Source of the DNA: Candidatus Parcubacteria bacterium
Lineage (GTDB): Bacteria > Patescibacteriota > Patescibacteriia > Patescibacteriales > UBA12075
Direction: 5' to 3'
DNA length: 63,759 bases
Assembly (NCBI GenBank): GCA_023132155.1
Contig: JAGLYP010000028.1
Span: 1-63,759, forward strand
The notes below the pieces were generated by a model that was given only the letters and a program-made list of their open reading frames with translations, had not been told where the DNA came from and made no database searches. The position numbers were made by a program, and so were the translations under genes. Every line of letters starts with the position of its first letter. Positions within the stretch are counted from its first letter, which is position 1. Below are positions 1 to 8,628 of the stretch, in pieces.

Positions 1-690
1 TTGAATTTAAGCGTTTCCCATGACGGAATACATACAATTCCGGCGCGCGGAATTTTAAATAAAAAGCAAATGCGAGAGATCGCTTTGGACTGCGAAAAAA
101 AGAATGGCAAAGTTTTAGAGCGCGATATTGGTGGCGGTGAAACCGAGATATATGAAATGAACATTACTTATCCGAGCGCAATCGGCGAAGTTAATAAATA
201 TTTGGCAAGCCAGTCAATACAGCTGGCATTGCGGGGAGTGCCTTTGATTTATCTTAATAATTTAATCGGAGCGGATAATTGGAGCGAGGGGGTTGAAAAA
301 TTAGGCTATGGCCGCGCGATTAACCGTGAAAAATTTGATTATGATAAATTAACAAAAGAGCTTGACAATGCTGATTCGCGCAAGCATAAAATTTTTAAGG
401 GTTATAAAAAATTATTAAAAGCGCGAAGCAAGGAACCGCTATTCTCGCCTTTGGCAAAACAAAAAATATTGGATTTGGGGCAAAGCGTAATGGCTATTTT
501 GAGGTTTGACAAAAATTCAAATAATTTGCTGGCCATAAGCAATGTTACAAACCGCGCGATAAAAATTGACGCGGGTAAAATCAAAAAGGAGATACAAAAA
601 AACGAGGTAAAAGATATTTTAAGCCAAGAGAAATTAAAATTAGAAGAATATCTGACTTTAAAGCCGTATCAGGTTAGGTGGTTAAAATAA
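1..690 (+). CDS. GH13 sucrose/glucosylglycerate phosphorylase-like protein, C-terminal part (5' end outside window)
   Basis: SHDGI, YEMNITY, RAINR motifs and terminal LKPYQVRWL typical of GH13 sugar phosphorylases; ORF open at window edge. Confidence 0.8.
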   Translation: MNLSVSHDGIHTIPARGILNKKQMREIALDCEKKNGKVLERDIGGGETEIYEMNITYPSAIGEVNKYLASQSIQLALRGVPLIYLNNLIGADNWSEGVEKLGYGRAINREKFDYDKLTKELDNADSRKHKIFKGYKKLLKARSKEPLFSPLAKQKILDLGQSVMAILRFDKNSNNLLAISNVTNRAIKIDAGKIKKEIQKNEVKDILSQEKLKLEEYLTLKPYQVRWLK

Positions 691-691
691 T

Positions 692-1354
692 TTAATCAAT
701 AATTTTTCTTTTGCGGGTTATTAAATAGTAAACGGACACAATAATAACCGTGGTTATTACGCCCAGTATATCCATGGACAGGTCATTGGCCGTATCCGTT
801 CCCGGGCCCAAACGGTTTGTATGAAAAAAAACATCTTCCAGATATTCCTCTACCTCATAAAGCGCTCCCAAGCTGATTGTTGAAGCAGAGGCAAGAAACA
901 AGGAGAGTTTTAATCGGCCTTCTTTTAAGAGCAGGCTATATTTAAATTTATCAATCCAAAAAGCATTGATTACGGCAAATAAGGTAAAGGCCATGATGGC
1001 GCTTACCGAATAATGGACAGTCTGGTCCCACCAGGATATTTTTTCGTAAAGATGAAAAAAATCACCGGCGGCATCCAAGCTTAGGGCGGTTGTTACTATT
1101 ATCCATATTGACCAATGAAGATAATGCCCCTTTTTTTGCCTGTATTTATAAGCTGTGATTTCCAGCAGCGTTAAAATAGAAATAGAAGTAATTACCAGGC
1201 CCAGCCAGGTAAACTGGGTATTGAATTCCAAGATTTTTAAAAAATTCAGTATTTCAAAAACAATTAAGCCGGCAAATAAAAGACGGGCAAAATTAATTAC
1301 AATTAATGTGTCCCGTTCTTTTTTACTTTTGCTATTGTTGTGAAAAATTTTCAT
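692..1354 (-). CDS. Integral membrane protein (DUF2238/YjdF-like)
   Basis: About 6 hydrophobic segments; WWDQTVH, YEVEEY and DTANDL motifs. Confidence 0.6.
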   Translation of the reverse strand: MKIFHNNSKSKKERDTLIVINFARLLFAGLIVFEILNFLKILEFNTQFTWLGLVITSISILTLLEITAYKYRQKKGHYLHWSIWIIVTTALSLDAAGDFFHLYEKISWWDQTVHYSVSAIMAFTLFAVINAFWIDKFKYSLLLKEGRLKLSLFLASASTISLGALYEVEEYLEDVFFHTNRLGPGTDTANDLSMDILGVITTVIIVSVYYLITRKRKIID

Positions 1355-1462
1355 AAAATTTTAAAAATATTTTATTAAAATCTATTGCCGATTAAGTAGT
1401 TATCGGTTCAATATAATTATTTTAGCATTTTTTGTTATTAGTTTCAAATTAATGCATTCATT

Positions 1463-1497
1463 TGTCATTCCATGGGCGCGGAGCGCAACCTGGAATC
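1463..1497 (+). repeat. Solo TGTCAT-tagged palindrome (REP-like)
   Basis: TGTCATTCCA-gap-TGGAATC, same terminal architecture as other copies; degenerate partner GGATTCCGG near 1553. Confidence 0.6.
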
Positions 1498-1631
1498 AGG
1501 GAGAGCGAGAAATAAACAAGCAATAACAGATGAATTCAAGTACATGCACCCCGGATTCCGGATATTTTATTTGCGTTATTTTTATTATTAGTATATAATA
1601 ATACCAGCAATAAGCCAATAATGATAAAAAT

Positions 1632-2426
1632 ATGGTATCAAAAAATACAATTTTAAGCGCTAAAGACAGTAAATTAATAGAAAAAGTCATTATAAAACAT
1701 GGTGATATTGTTGCTGTCGGCAGTATTTTAAAAATATTTCAAAAAGAATATTCACTTCTTGCCGCCCGCAACAGAATACACCAGCTGAAAAAAAGAGGCT
1801 GGTTTGTCCGTGTTAAACAAGGGCTTTATGTTGTTGTTAGCGATATTGCATCAAGATCAACGAGCAATATATCTTTATTTAGAATAGCTCAGACTCTAAA
1901 TAACAAATCTTATGTAAGTTTTGATTACGCGTTAAATTACTATAATATGTTTGACCAATACGCGAAAACGATTACATCAATTACGACAACACGAGCAAAA
2001 AAATATGAATTTCAAGAAATAATTTTTAAGTTTGTTAAAATTAATAAAAATTATTATTTTGGTTTTTCCAAAAAACGAATTGAAGGCAAATTAGTCAACA
2101 TAGCCGATTTGGAAAAAGTTATTATTGATTATCTTTATTTTAATAAAACTTCCTATATTTTAAGCTTGATGCTGGAAAAATTAAAAAATTATAAAAATGA
2201 TTTTGATTTTGAAAAGATGCAAAATTATGCTTCGCGCTGCAACATAACAACACAGCGTAAAATCGGTTTTTTATTGGATGAAATAGGAGTTGATACTAAA
2301 AAATTATATAATAAAGTAAAATCAAACAACAAGGGATATTCTCGTTTTAGCAAAGATTCAAAAAAATTTAACAGTAAATGGCGCGTATATTATGATTATA
2401 GAATTATTAAACAAAAGAGAACTTGA
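1632..2426 (+). CDS. Type IV toxin-antitoxin AbiEi-family antitoxin
   Basis: N-terminal wHTH (LKKRGWFVRVKQGLY), YVSFDYALNYY and DLEKVIIDY motifs; overlaps AbiEii gene. Confidence 0.85.
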   Translation: MVSKNTILSAKDSKLIEKVIIKHGDIVAVGSILKIFQKEYSLLAARNRIHQLKKRGWFVRVKQGLYVVVSDIASRSTSNISLFRIAQTLNNKSYVSFDYALNYYNMFDQYAKTITSITTTRAKKYEFQEIIFKFVKINKNYYFGFSKKRIEGKLVNIADLEKVIIDYLYFNKTSYILSLMLEKLKNYKNDFDFEKMQNYASRCNITTQRKIGFLLDEIGVDTKKLYNKVKSNNKGYSRFSKDSKKFNSKWRVYYDYRIIKQKRT

Positions 2427-3150
2427 AATTTTCAATAAACATTTAAAATATCCTTTGGCTATCGCGGAAAAGGATTATTTTTTAGCGCTTGTGTCTAAAA
2501 TAATTTATAATTCCGTTTTGCGTGAAAAATTAGTATTTAAGGGCGGTACAGCTTTGTATCATGTCTATTTAAAGCAATTGCGGTTTTCCGAAGATTTGGA
2601 TTTTACCGCGGTCAAAAAGCCGGTTATCATTGATGAAATAAAAAAAATATTCGCTCCGTATGATTTTTTGGAAATTAAAAAAGAACATACTTCAAAAGCG
2701 ACAATTAAATTAGAAAGATTAAAGTTCAATGGTCCGCTGGGACAGCCGAATTCTTTAAAAATAGATATTGATTTTATTCAAAATGTTGTTTTACCCCCGG
2801 TGGATATGGAATACAGGAATAATTACGGCGTAAAAACAAAAGTCAGGGTTATGGATATACGCGAAATATGCGCTGAAAAAATCAGGACAATAAGCGATAG
2901 GGCGAGATATAGGGATTTTTATGATTTAACCATGATATTCAGAAATTTCAAAATTCATCCTGAAGAAATCATCAGTTTAATAAAGCAAAAAGAAATTCGC
3001 CGGCCAATTACAAAAAAGTCAATGTTGAAAAATTGGAAAATTGTTAAACAAGACAAACGGAACGGGTTGTCTAGTATTTATTATTCAGAAGAAATAAGCG
3101 ATAATGAAATTCAGCAAATGATAAAGGGGCTAAGGCTGAAAATACATTAA
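2392..3150 (+). CDS. AbiEii/AbiGii-family nucleotidyltransferase toxin
   Basis: EKDY, FKGGTAL, RFSEDLDF, AEK, RYRDFYD motifs. Confidence 0.9.
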   Translation: MIIELLNKRELEIFNKHLKYPLAIAEKDYFLALVSKIIYNSVLREKLVFKGGTALYHVYLKQLRFSEDLDFTAVKKPVIIDEIKKIFAPYDFLEIKKEHTSKATIKLERLKFNGPLGQPNSLKIDIDFIQNVVLPPVDMEYRNNYGVKTKVRVMDIREICAEKIRTISDRARYRDFYDLTMIFRNFKIHPEEIISLIKQKEIRRPITKKSMLKNWKIVKQDKRNGLSSIYYSEEISDNEIQQMIKGLRLKIH

Positions 3151-3166
3151 AAAATTTTATCATAAT

Positions 3167-3198
3167 CCGTAGAGACGCATTGCAATGCGTCTTTACGG
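3167..3198. repeat. GTAG-tagged REP-like palindrome
   Basis: CCGTAGAGACGCATTGCAATGCGTCTTTACGG near-perfect palindrome just after abiEii stop. Confidence 0.7.
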
Positions 3199-3441
3199 AA
3201 TGCGTTTATGTGAAATATGTTTTTATAAAAAATGCTAAAGATAACCAATGGCCATATTTTTTTATAAACAGTGAGTTTTTTTATTTAAGTGAATAATATC
3301 TAATTTTTAGATATATTTTATAAAAATTTCATAATTATTTTATAATAATTTTATTTATTTGCAACAAAAATTAGTATTTGTCAAATTTTTGTAAATTTTT
3401 AGTTTTTTTCTATTTTTAGCTATTTTTAGCTATTTTTTTTA

Positions 3442-3470
3442 TTGACAAATTTGTTTTTATATGCTAGATT
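3442..3470 (+). promoter_or_regulatory. Sigma70 promoter upstream of GT2 gene
   Basis: TTGACA-17 nt-TAGATT with extended TG. Confidence 0.7.
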
Positions 3471-3477
3471 TTAAATG

Positions 3478-3566
3478 CAAGTTATGCCCAAAGGGCACTA
3501 ACAGTAGTCGGGAATACGCCCCAAAGGAAGTGCCCTTGGGGTATTCAAATTCCTTGACTATAAATT
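3478..3566 (+). repeat. Dispersed leader element, copy 1 (with 27-nt nested insert)
   Basis: CAAGTTATGCCCAAAGGGCACTAACAGTAGTCGGGAATA[insert]TTCAAATTCCTTGACTATAAATT; near-identical at 24648 and inverted at 40791. Confidence 0.9.
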
Positions 3567-3592
3567 AAAAAATAATTATAAGTAAAAATAAT

Positions 3593-4525
3593 ATGTATTT
3601 ATCAGTAGTTGTTCCAATACTTGACGAGGAGGGTTCTGTTTTGGATTTATATAATGATATAATTCTTTCTTGTGCAAAGATAGAAAAAGAATTTGAAATT
3701 ATTTTTGTTAATGACGGTTCAAACGATAGAACCTTGGAAATAATAAAAAAACTAAAGCCTCTTAAAATTATAAGTTTTAGAAAAAATTTCGGGCAGACAG
3801 CGGCAATGGACGCGGGTATTAAGCACGCCCAAGGCAAATATATTGTTACTATGGACGGCGATGGACAAAATGATCCTGCGGATATTCCAAAATTGATTGA
3901 GAAATTGGAATCAGGCGGACTTGATGTCGTGTCGGGCTGGAGAAAAAACAGAAAAGATAATTTTTTAAAGAAATTTTCATCAAAGTGCGCGGCCGCTTTA
4001 AGGCGAGTATTGATTAATGACGGCATCCATGACAGCGGCTGCTCTTTAAAGGTTTATAAAAAAGAATGTTTTGAGTGCGTTGATCTTTACGGCGAGATGC
4101 ATCGCTTTATTCCGGCAGTGTTGAAGATAAAGGGCTTTAAAATAGGGGAAGTTGTAGTCAATCATAATCCGCGAACTACTGGCAAGACAAAGTATAACTG
4201 GAAAAGGGGAGTTAAGGGCATTCTTGATATGTTCGCGGTTTGGTTTTGGAAAAAATATTCAAATCGTCCGCTTCATTTTTTCGGCGGCCTGGGCATTCTT
4301 TTAATGTTTGTTTCCGTTGTTTCCGGCGTTTGGGCGGTTTATAAAAAGTTTTTTTTAAACGTTGATTTATCCGATACTTCTTTAACGATTTTAAGCATGG
4401 GCGGTTTTTTTATGGGAGTTTTATTTTTCGTTTTCGGCCTTTTGTCTGATATTCTTTCAAAAATTTATTATTCATCAGGCATAGACAAGCCGTATCATAT
4501 AAAGGAGATTATTAACAACGATTAA
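3593..4525 (+). CDS. GT2 polyprenol-phosphate glycosyltransferase (ArnC/GtrB/DPM1-like)
   Basis: SVVVP, VNDGS, NFGQTAA, MDGDGQNDP, two C-terminal TM helices. Confidence 0.9.
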   Translation: MYLSVVVPILDEEGSVLDLYNDIILSCAKIEKEFEIIFVNDGSNDRTLEIIKKLKPLKIISFRKNFGQTAAMDAGIKHAQGKYIVTMDGDGQNDPADIPKLIEKLESGGLDVVSGWRKNRKDNFLKKFSSKCAAALRRVLINDGIHDSGCSLKVYKKECFECVDLYGEMHRFIPAVLKIKGFKIGEVVVNHNPRTTGKTKYNWKRGVKGILDMFAVWFWKKYSNRPLHFFGGLGILLMFVSVVSGVWAVYKKFFLNVDLSDTSLTILSMGGFFMGVLFFVFGLLSDILSKIYYSSGIDKPYHIKEIINND

Positions 4526-4531
4526 ATAGAA

Positions 4532-4814
4532 ATACAGAGGCATCTCTGTAGTTTCAATTTTATGAAAAAAGCACACTTCTTCTTTTGTCATTCCCGACAC
4601 ACCCAATCTCGCCCTCTTTTTTGTCATTCTCTACACATCTTTGCCCCGCTCACTTTTGTCATTCCCGACACTCCCAGCCTCGCAGAGAAGTTATATTAAA
4701 TGATCGGGAATCTCTTTAAAAGGCACAACTGATAAATAACCAATAAAGACGAAAAAAGAATATACTAAAATATTAATATACAGAGCTATCTCTGTAGTTT
4801 CAATTTTATGAAAA
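4532..4814 (+). repeat. Direct duplication (4532-4567 and 4778-4813) containing palindrome TACAGAG-N4-CTCTGTA and a start codon
   Basis: ATACAGAG(GC/CT)ATCTCTGTAGTTTCAATTTTATGAAAA occurs twice; second copy is the abrB-like leader. Confidence 0.85.
4586..4714 (+). repeat. TGTCAT-tagged element: two truncated heads (4586, 4622) plus full unit (4657-4714)
   Basis: TGTCATTCCCGACAC...GATCGGGAATCTC; full unit matches both arms of 44872-45082. Confidence 0.85.
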
Positions 4815-4984
4815 CACACAAAAGAAACATAAGAAAACTCGCCAAGGTCGGCGGCGGCTCTACTTACGCAATTACTTTGCCGATTGATGGCGTGCGGGAA
4901 TTAGGTTGGCAGGAAAAGCAAAAATTGGTTGTTGAGCTTGATAAGAGGCGGAAGAGGTTTATTATTAAAGATTGGGAGAGATAA
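4808..4984 (+). CDS. AbrB/MazE/SpoVT-family DNA-binding protein (58 aa, not in ORF track)
   Basis: Manual translation MKTHKRNIRKLAKVGGGSTYAITLPIDGVRELGWQEKQKLVVELDKRRKRFIIKDWER; swapped-hairpin pattern. Confidence 0.8.
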   Translation: MKTHKRNIRKLAKVGGGSTYAITLPIDGVRELGWQEKQKLVVELDKRRKRFIIKDWER

Positions 4985-4985
4985 T

Positions 4986-6455
4986 ATGAAAAATGAAAAA
5001 ATAATATTGTTAATAATACTTGCTGTATTCGTTTTTCTGCCAATTACGGCTGATGCCAGAAGCGGCTGCTGTTCTTGGCATGGGGGCGTTTGCGGCTGTA
5101 GCTGTTGTGATGGCACGCCGCTTTCCGCAACATGCGCTCCGTATTATCCGTGGTGTTCCGGAGGTTCTTCTTATTCTTCTCCGTCTTATTCTTCTCCGTC
5201 TTACAGTACGCCGTCTTGTCCGTCTAATTCATCATATAGTTATTTAAGCAAAAGCTGTAAGTGTAATAGCGGATATGTCGCAAATACCGGCGGGAGCGGG
5301 TGCATATCCGGAAATTCTTATTGTCGTGATAAATACGGGTGGAATTCAAGCTATAATAGCTTGAATAGCAATTGCGAATGCAATTATGGGTATATTTTAA
5401 GCGGTGGAAAATGTATTTCTAACGATGATTATTGCGAAGACCTTTACGGATGGAATTCCAGCTATAATATTTTATATGATAATTGTAAATGTGATTATGG
5501 ATATGAATTAAAATATGGAAGTTGTACAAAAAAAGTTGATACATCATATCAATACAGCGATATTGATTATGATAAAATATCAGAATTACTCAAAGAATAC
5601 AAAACTGAAAGTAATTGTCCTATAAATTCTAGTGTTGGTAGTGATGATAAGTGTTATTGTAATGACGGATATAAAATAAATAGTAATAAAGACGGTTGTG
5701 TTAGAATATTATGTTCCACTCACTCAAAATTAATAGGAAATGAATGTATATGTGATGAGGGATATATAAAAAACGGATTATTTTGCATTACTCATACTGA
5801 AAATTGCAAGAAATCATTTGGCGATAATGTTGTTGGCGTTCAAGACGACAGCGATTCATCTTGTTATTGTTCGGATGGGTATGAGTGGAATCATGATAAA
5901 ACTAATTGCGTGAAAATTTCTTGCCAAATAAAATATGGGTTATACAGTGTTTTAAAAAATAATCAATGCGTTTGTTTGGACGGATATATTTTAAGCGGTG
6001 GAAAATGTATTTCTGAAGAAAATAAAATAGATAATTTTATTAAAAAAGAAAAAGAATTAATAAAAGAGATTGATTTAAAATTATCCGAAAGATTAAAAGG
6101 AAAAATATTATTGCAGGTAGAAAAGAACGGAGAGGCTTGGTATGTAAGTCCAAAGGACAGAAAAAGATATTATATGGCTAATGGAGAAGAAGCATACAAT
6201 ATTATGAGGGATTTGGGTGTCGGTATTACAAATAAGGATTTAGAAAATTTATTATTAGAGAATGAAATGGCTAAAAAGCATAGCGGTAAAATATTTTTAA
6301 AGGTTGAAGATATGGGTCAGGCATATTATATTGATTTTGACGGTTCAGCTTATTATTTAAAAAACGGAGATGAGGCGTATAATATTATGAGGGATTTGGG
6401 AATGGGTATTACAAATAGTGATATAAGGAAAATTGAAATGTCGGATATTTTGTAG
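4986..6455 (+). CDS. Secreted Cys-rich (EGF-like repeat) protein with duplicated C-terminal domain
   Basis: Signal peptide from ATG 4986; GCCSWHGGVCGC motif; about 10 CxCxxGY repeats; two GKI(L/F)LxVExxGxAxY repeats. Confidence 0.75.
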   Translation: MKNEKIILLIILAVFVFLPITADARSGCCSWHGGVCGCSCCDGTPLSATCAPYYPWCSGGSSYSSPSYSSPSYSTPSCPSNSSYSYLSKSCKCNSGYVANTGGSGCISGNSYCRDKYGWNSSYNSLNSNCECNYGYILSGGKCISNDDYCEDLYGWNSSYNILYDNCKCDYGYELKYGSCTKKVDTSYQYSDIDYDKISELLKEYKTESNCPINSSVGSDDKCYCNDGYKINSNKDGCVRILCSTHSKLIGNECICDEGYIKNGLFCITHTENCKKSFGDNVVGVQDDSDSSCYCSDGYEWNHDKTNCVKISCQIKYGLYSVLKNNQCVCLDGYILSGGKCISEENKIDNFIKKEKELIKEIDLKLSERLKGKILLQVEKNGEAWYVSPKDRKRYYMANGEEAYNIMRDLGVGITNKDLENLLLENEMAKKHSGKIFLKVEDMGQAYYIDFDGSAYYLKNGDEAYNIMRDLGMGITNSDIRKIEMSDIL

Positions 6456-6476
6456 GAACGCGCCGCGGCGCGTTCT
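6452..6476. repeat. GTAG-tagged REP-like palindrome overlapping stop codon
   Basis: GTAGGAACGCGCCGCGGCGCGTTCT. Confidence 0.6.
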
Positions 6477-6520
6477 TGATAAAAAGGAAACGGTTTATTA
6501 TTAAAGATTGGAAGAAGTAA
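6475..6520 (+). pseudogene. Relic 3' end of an abrB-like paralog
   Basis: Encodes KRFIIKDWKK*, matching KRFIIKDWER* at end of 4808-4984. Confidence 0.65.
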
Positions 6521-6529
6521 TCATTAATC

Positions 6530-6626
6530 AAAGTTCTTAGAGTTCGTAGTGCAATTATGTTTGTCAAAAAAACGACCCTCCTTGTTTTCGCGATAGTTTT
6601 TTTGCACTACGAATTTTGTGAATTTT
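6530..6626. mobile_element. Possible MITE-like remnant with terminal inverted repeats
   Basis: Perfect 12-bp IR TTCGTAGTGCAA (6543-6554) / TTGCACTACGAA (6602-6613), extending imperfectly to about 25 bp. Confidence 0.45.
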
Positions 6627-6650
6627 ATTATTAAAGATTTTAGGAAAAAA

Positions 6651-6749
6651 ATGAAAAATATTTTTGTTTTGAATTATGAATTTTCGCCACTGGGTGGAGG
6701 TGCTGGTAACGCGGCGTATTATTTGTTGAAAGAGTTTTTTAAAGAATAA
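6651..6749 (+). pseudogene. Truncated N-terminus of a GT4 glycosyltransferase (32 aa)
   Basis: MKNIFVLNYEFSPLGGGAGNAAYYLLKEFFKE*, typical GT4 start (NYEFPPLGGGA) ending 3 nt before next ATG. Confidence 0.75.
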
Positions 6750-6752
6750 AAG

Positions 6753-8570
6753 ATGGAAGAAGAAAAATTACAAATTGCGATTTATAGAATAAATACTGAA
6801 AATGATTTATTATTTGAAGCGGAAGACAGCTTCGCTTGTTTAAGTGAGCGCATAAAAAGCAAAGGATTTAGCAGTCAAAATTTGCAAGACGATTTAATAG
6901 GTGATTATGATATAGGGCTTTTTTACAAAAAGAGTCCATTAAAACCAAAATGGAAAGATTTTTTCAATGGTATTGCAAAAGATAATCAAGATATTCTAAA
7001 GTTAAATCAAGGTTGGACTGAAAGTTTTGTAATACTTTTTTTAAATAATATTTCTAATAATTTGTATGCAATAACAGGTGGTTCAGGATATCATGTTATT
7101 CAAGAATTTATTGACGATGATTTTGGAGTAGATATTTTATCTTGTCTGATAACGAAAGAAGATAAAATTTTAAAATCAGTGAAAGAAAAAAGTGTTATGG
7201 GCGGAATATTAGGAGCAACTAAGTATTTTAGAAAAAATTATAATCTTTTTGAAAATGATGGTTTCGGGAAAATTTATCAGGAGCTAAAGGCATGTTTAGA
7301 TAAAAATATACTTCAAGATCAGTTTGGTTTTTCTGCGGAGGATTTGAAAAAAGAATCTGCCTGTATTGCAAAAACATCTTTTAAAATAAACAAAGCAATT
7401 ACTTTTAATCAGATTTTTCAAATTATAGATAGGTGCGAATATATTTTAGAGAATCCAGATAATGACCCAAGACTGAAACCAATATCAATAAATAATGTTG
7501 AAAAAATTGTAAAAAAGAAAAAACAAAGGTTAATCCGTGAATTAGAAAATGAGTTGTTTAATCAACTCTGGAAAAGATATTGTGATGAAAATGAGAATAT
7601 AGATTTTGATCTTTGCCATAAAGATTTTGAAAAGTATTTAACAGCTTCAAAATATATTGTTAAAAAAAATATTTCTAAAAATAATCTTTTTGATGATTTT
7701 GAGTTCACGGATGATAAAAAATTGGAAAATATTGATGAATTATTTAAGCAAATAAAAGAATTAGATGGTAGTCCAAGCGACAAGGATGAACTTGAAAGTT
7801 TAATAAAATCTTTAAAAATTTATTCATATAATGATGAAGATGAAATTAATGAGTTGACTAAAGGTTATGTGCTTCATCATATTTTTGGAGATGTTTCTTT
7901 TGATGGAAAAAAATATTTTTTGATTGACAATAATTGGTATAAAATAAAAGATGATTTTATTGATGAATTAAATCAAAGTTGTGAAAGTTTTATTAATAGC
8001 AATCATGATGATGGTCTGGATAAAAAATGGAATTATCCAACTATTAGCGAAAATCAATATAATGAAAGCTATCTGGGTGAAAATAAAACGATTGTTTTGG
8101 ATAAAATTACTCCTGACAATATTGAGCCATGTGATATTTTGAAATGGGATGATGAAAATTTATATTTTTATCATGTAAAGGCTGGTTTTGGAAATACAAT
8201 GAGAGATTTATGTTCGCAAATTTTTATTGCCGCAAATAAAATAAAGAAAGATATAAATTCTTCAAAAGAATATATTGGTAAAATTTATGATCAATTAAAA
8301 AATAAAAAAGGGAGTACAGATGAATATTTTGATAAGATAGGGAAACAGACAGAAATTGTATCAAAAGATGATTTCATAAATTTTTTTACAAGCAAAAAAC
8401 TTGTTTTTGTTTTATCAGTTTTAGACACAGCAACTGAAAGGAATTTAAAAACTGATATTTCTGAGTTTAACTCAAATATAGCAAAATTTTCGTTACAAGA
8501 GTTAGTAAAAGCAATGAAAGGGATTGATGTAGAATTTAGAATTATACAAATTTTTAAGCAAACAGAATAG
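6753..8570 (+). CDS. TIGR04141/DUF6119-like sporadically distributed protein
   Basis: PKWKDFF, YAITGGSGY, DDDFG, NNWYKI, ENQYN, IEPCDIL, YHVK, RDLCSQ motifs recalled for this family. Confidence 0.7.
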   Translation: MEEEKLQIAIYRINTENDLLFEAEDSFACLSERIKSKGFSSQNLQDDLIGDYDIGLFYKKSPLKPKWKDFFNGIAKDNQDILKLNQGWTESFVILFLNNISNNLYAITGGSGYHVIQEFIDDDFGVDILSCLITKEDKILKSVKEKSVMGGILGATKYFRKNYNLFENDGFGKIYQELKACLDKNILQDQFGFSAEDLKKESACIAKTSFKINKAITFNQIFQIIDRCEYILENPDNDPRLKPISINNVEKIVKKKKQRLIRELENELFNQLWKRYCDENENIDFDLCHKDFEKYLTASKYIVKKNISKNNLFDDFEFTDDKKLENIDELFKQIKELDGSPSDKDELESLIKSLKIYSYNDEDEINELTKGYVLHHIFGDVSFDGKKYFLIDNNWYKIKDDFIDELNQSCESFINSNHDDGLDKKWNYPTISENQYNESYLGENKTIVLDKITPDNIEPCDILKWDDENLYFYHVKAGFGNTMRDLCSQIFIAANKIKKDINSSKEYIGKIYDQLKNKKGSTDEYFDKIGKQTEIVSKDDFINFFTSKKLVFVLSVLDTATERNLKTDISEFNSNIAKFSLQELVKAMKGIDVEFRIIQIFKQTE

Positions 8571-8628
8571 TGAACCCCTCCCTGCGGCAGAGACCGCTGG
8601 GTGTTGCCTTTTTATAAATTATAAAATA

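Noticed and set aside
3410..3440. CTATTTTTAG tandem repeat before the promoter
   Set aside because: Low complexity in very AT-rich DNA; function not supportable.
8571..8612. GC-rich stretch as tRNA fragment or att site
   Set aside because: No T-loop, anticodon arm or second copy; only a weak hairpin before a T-tract.
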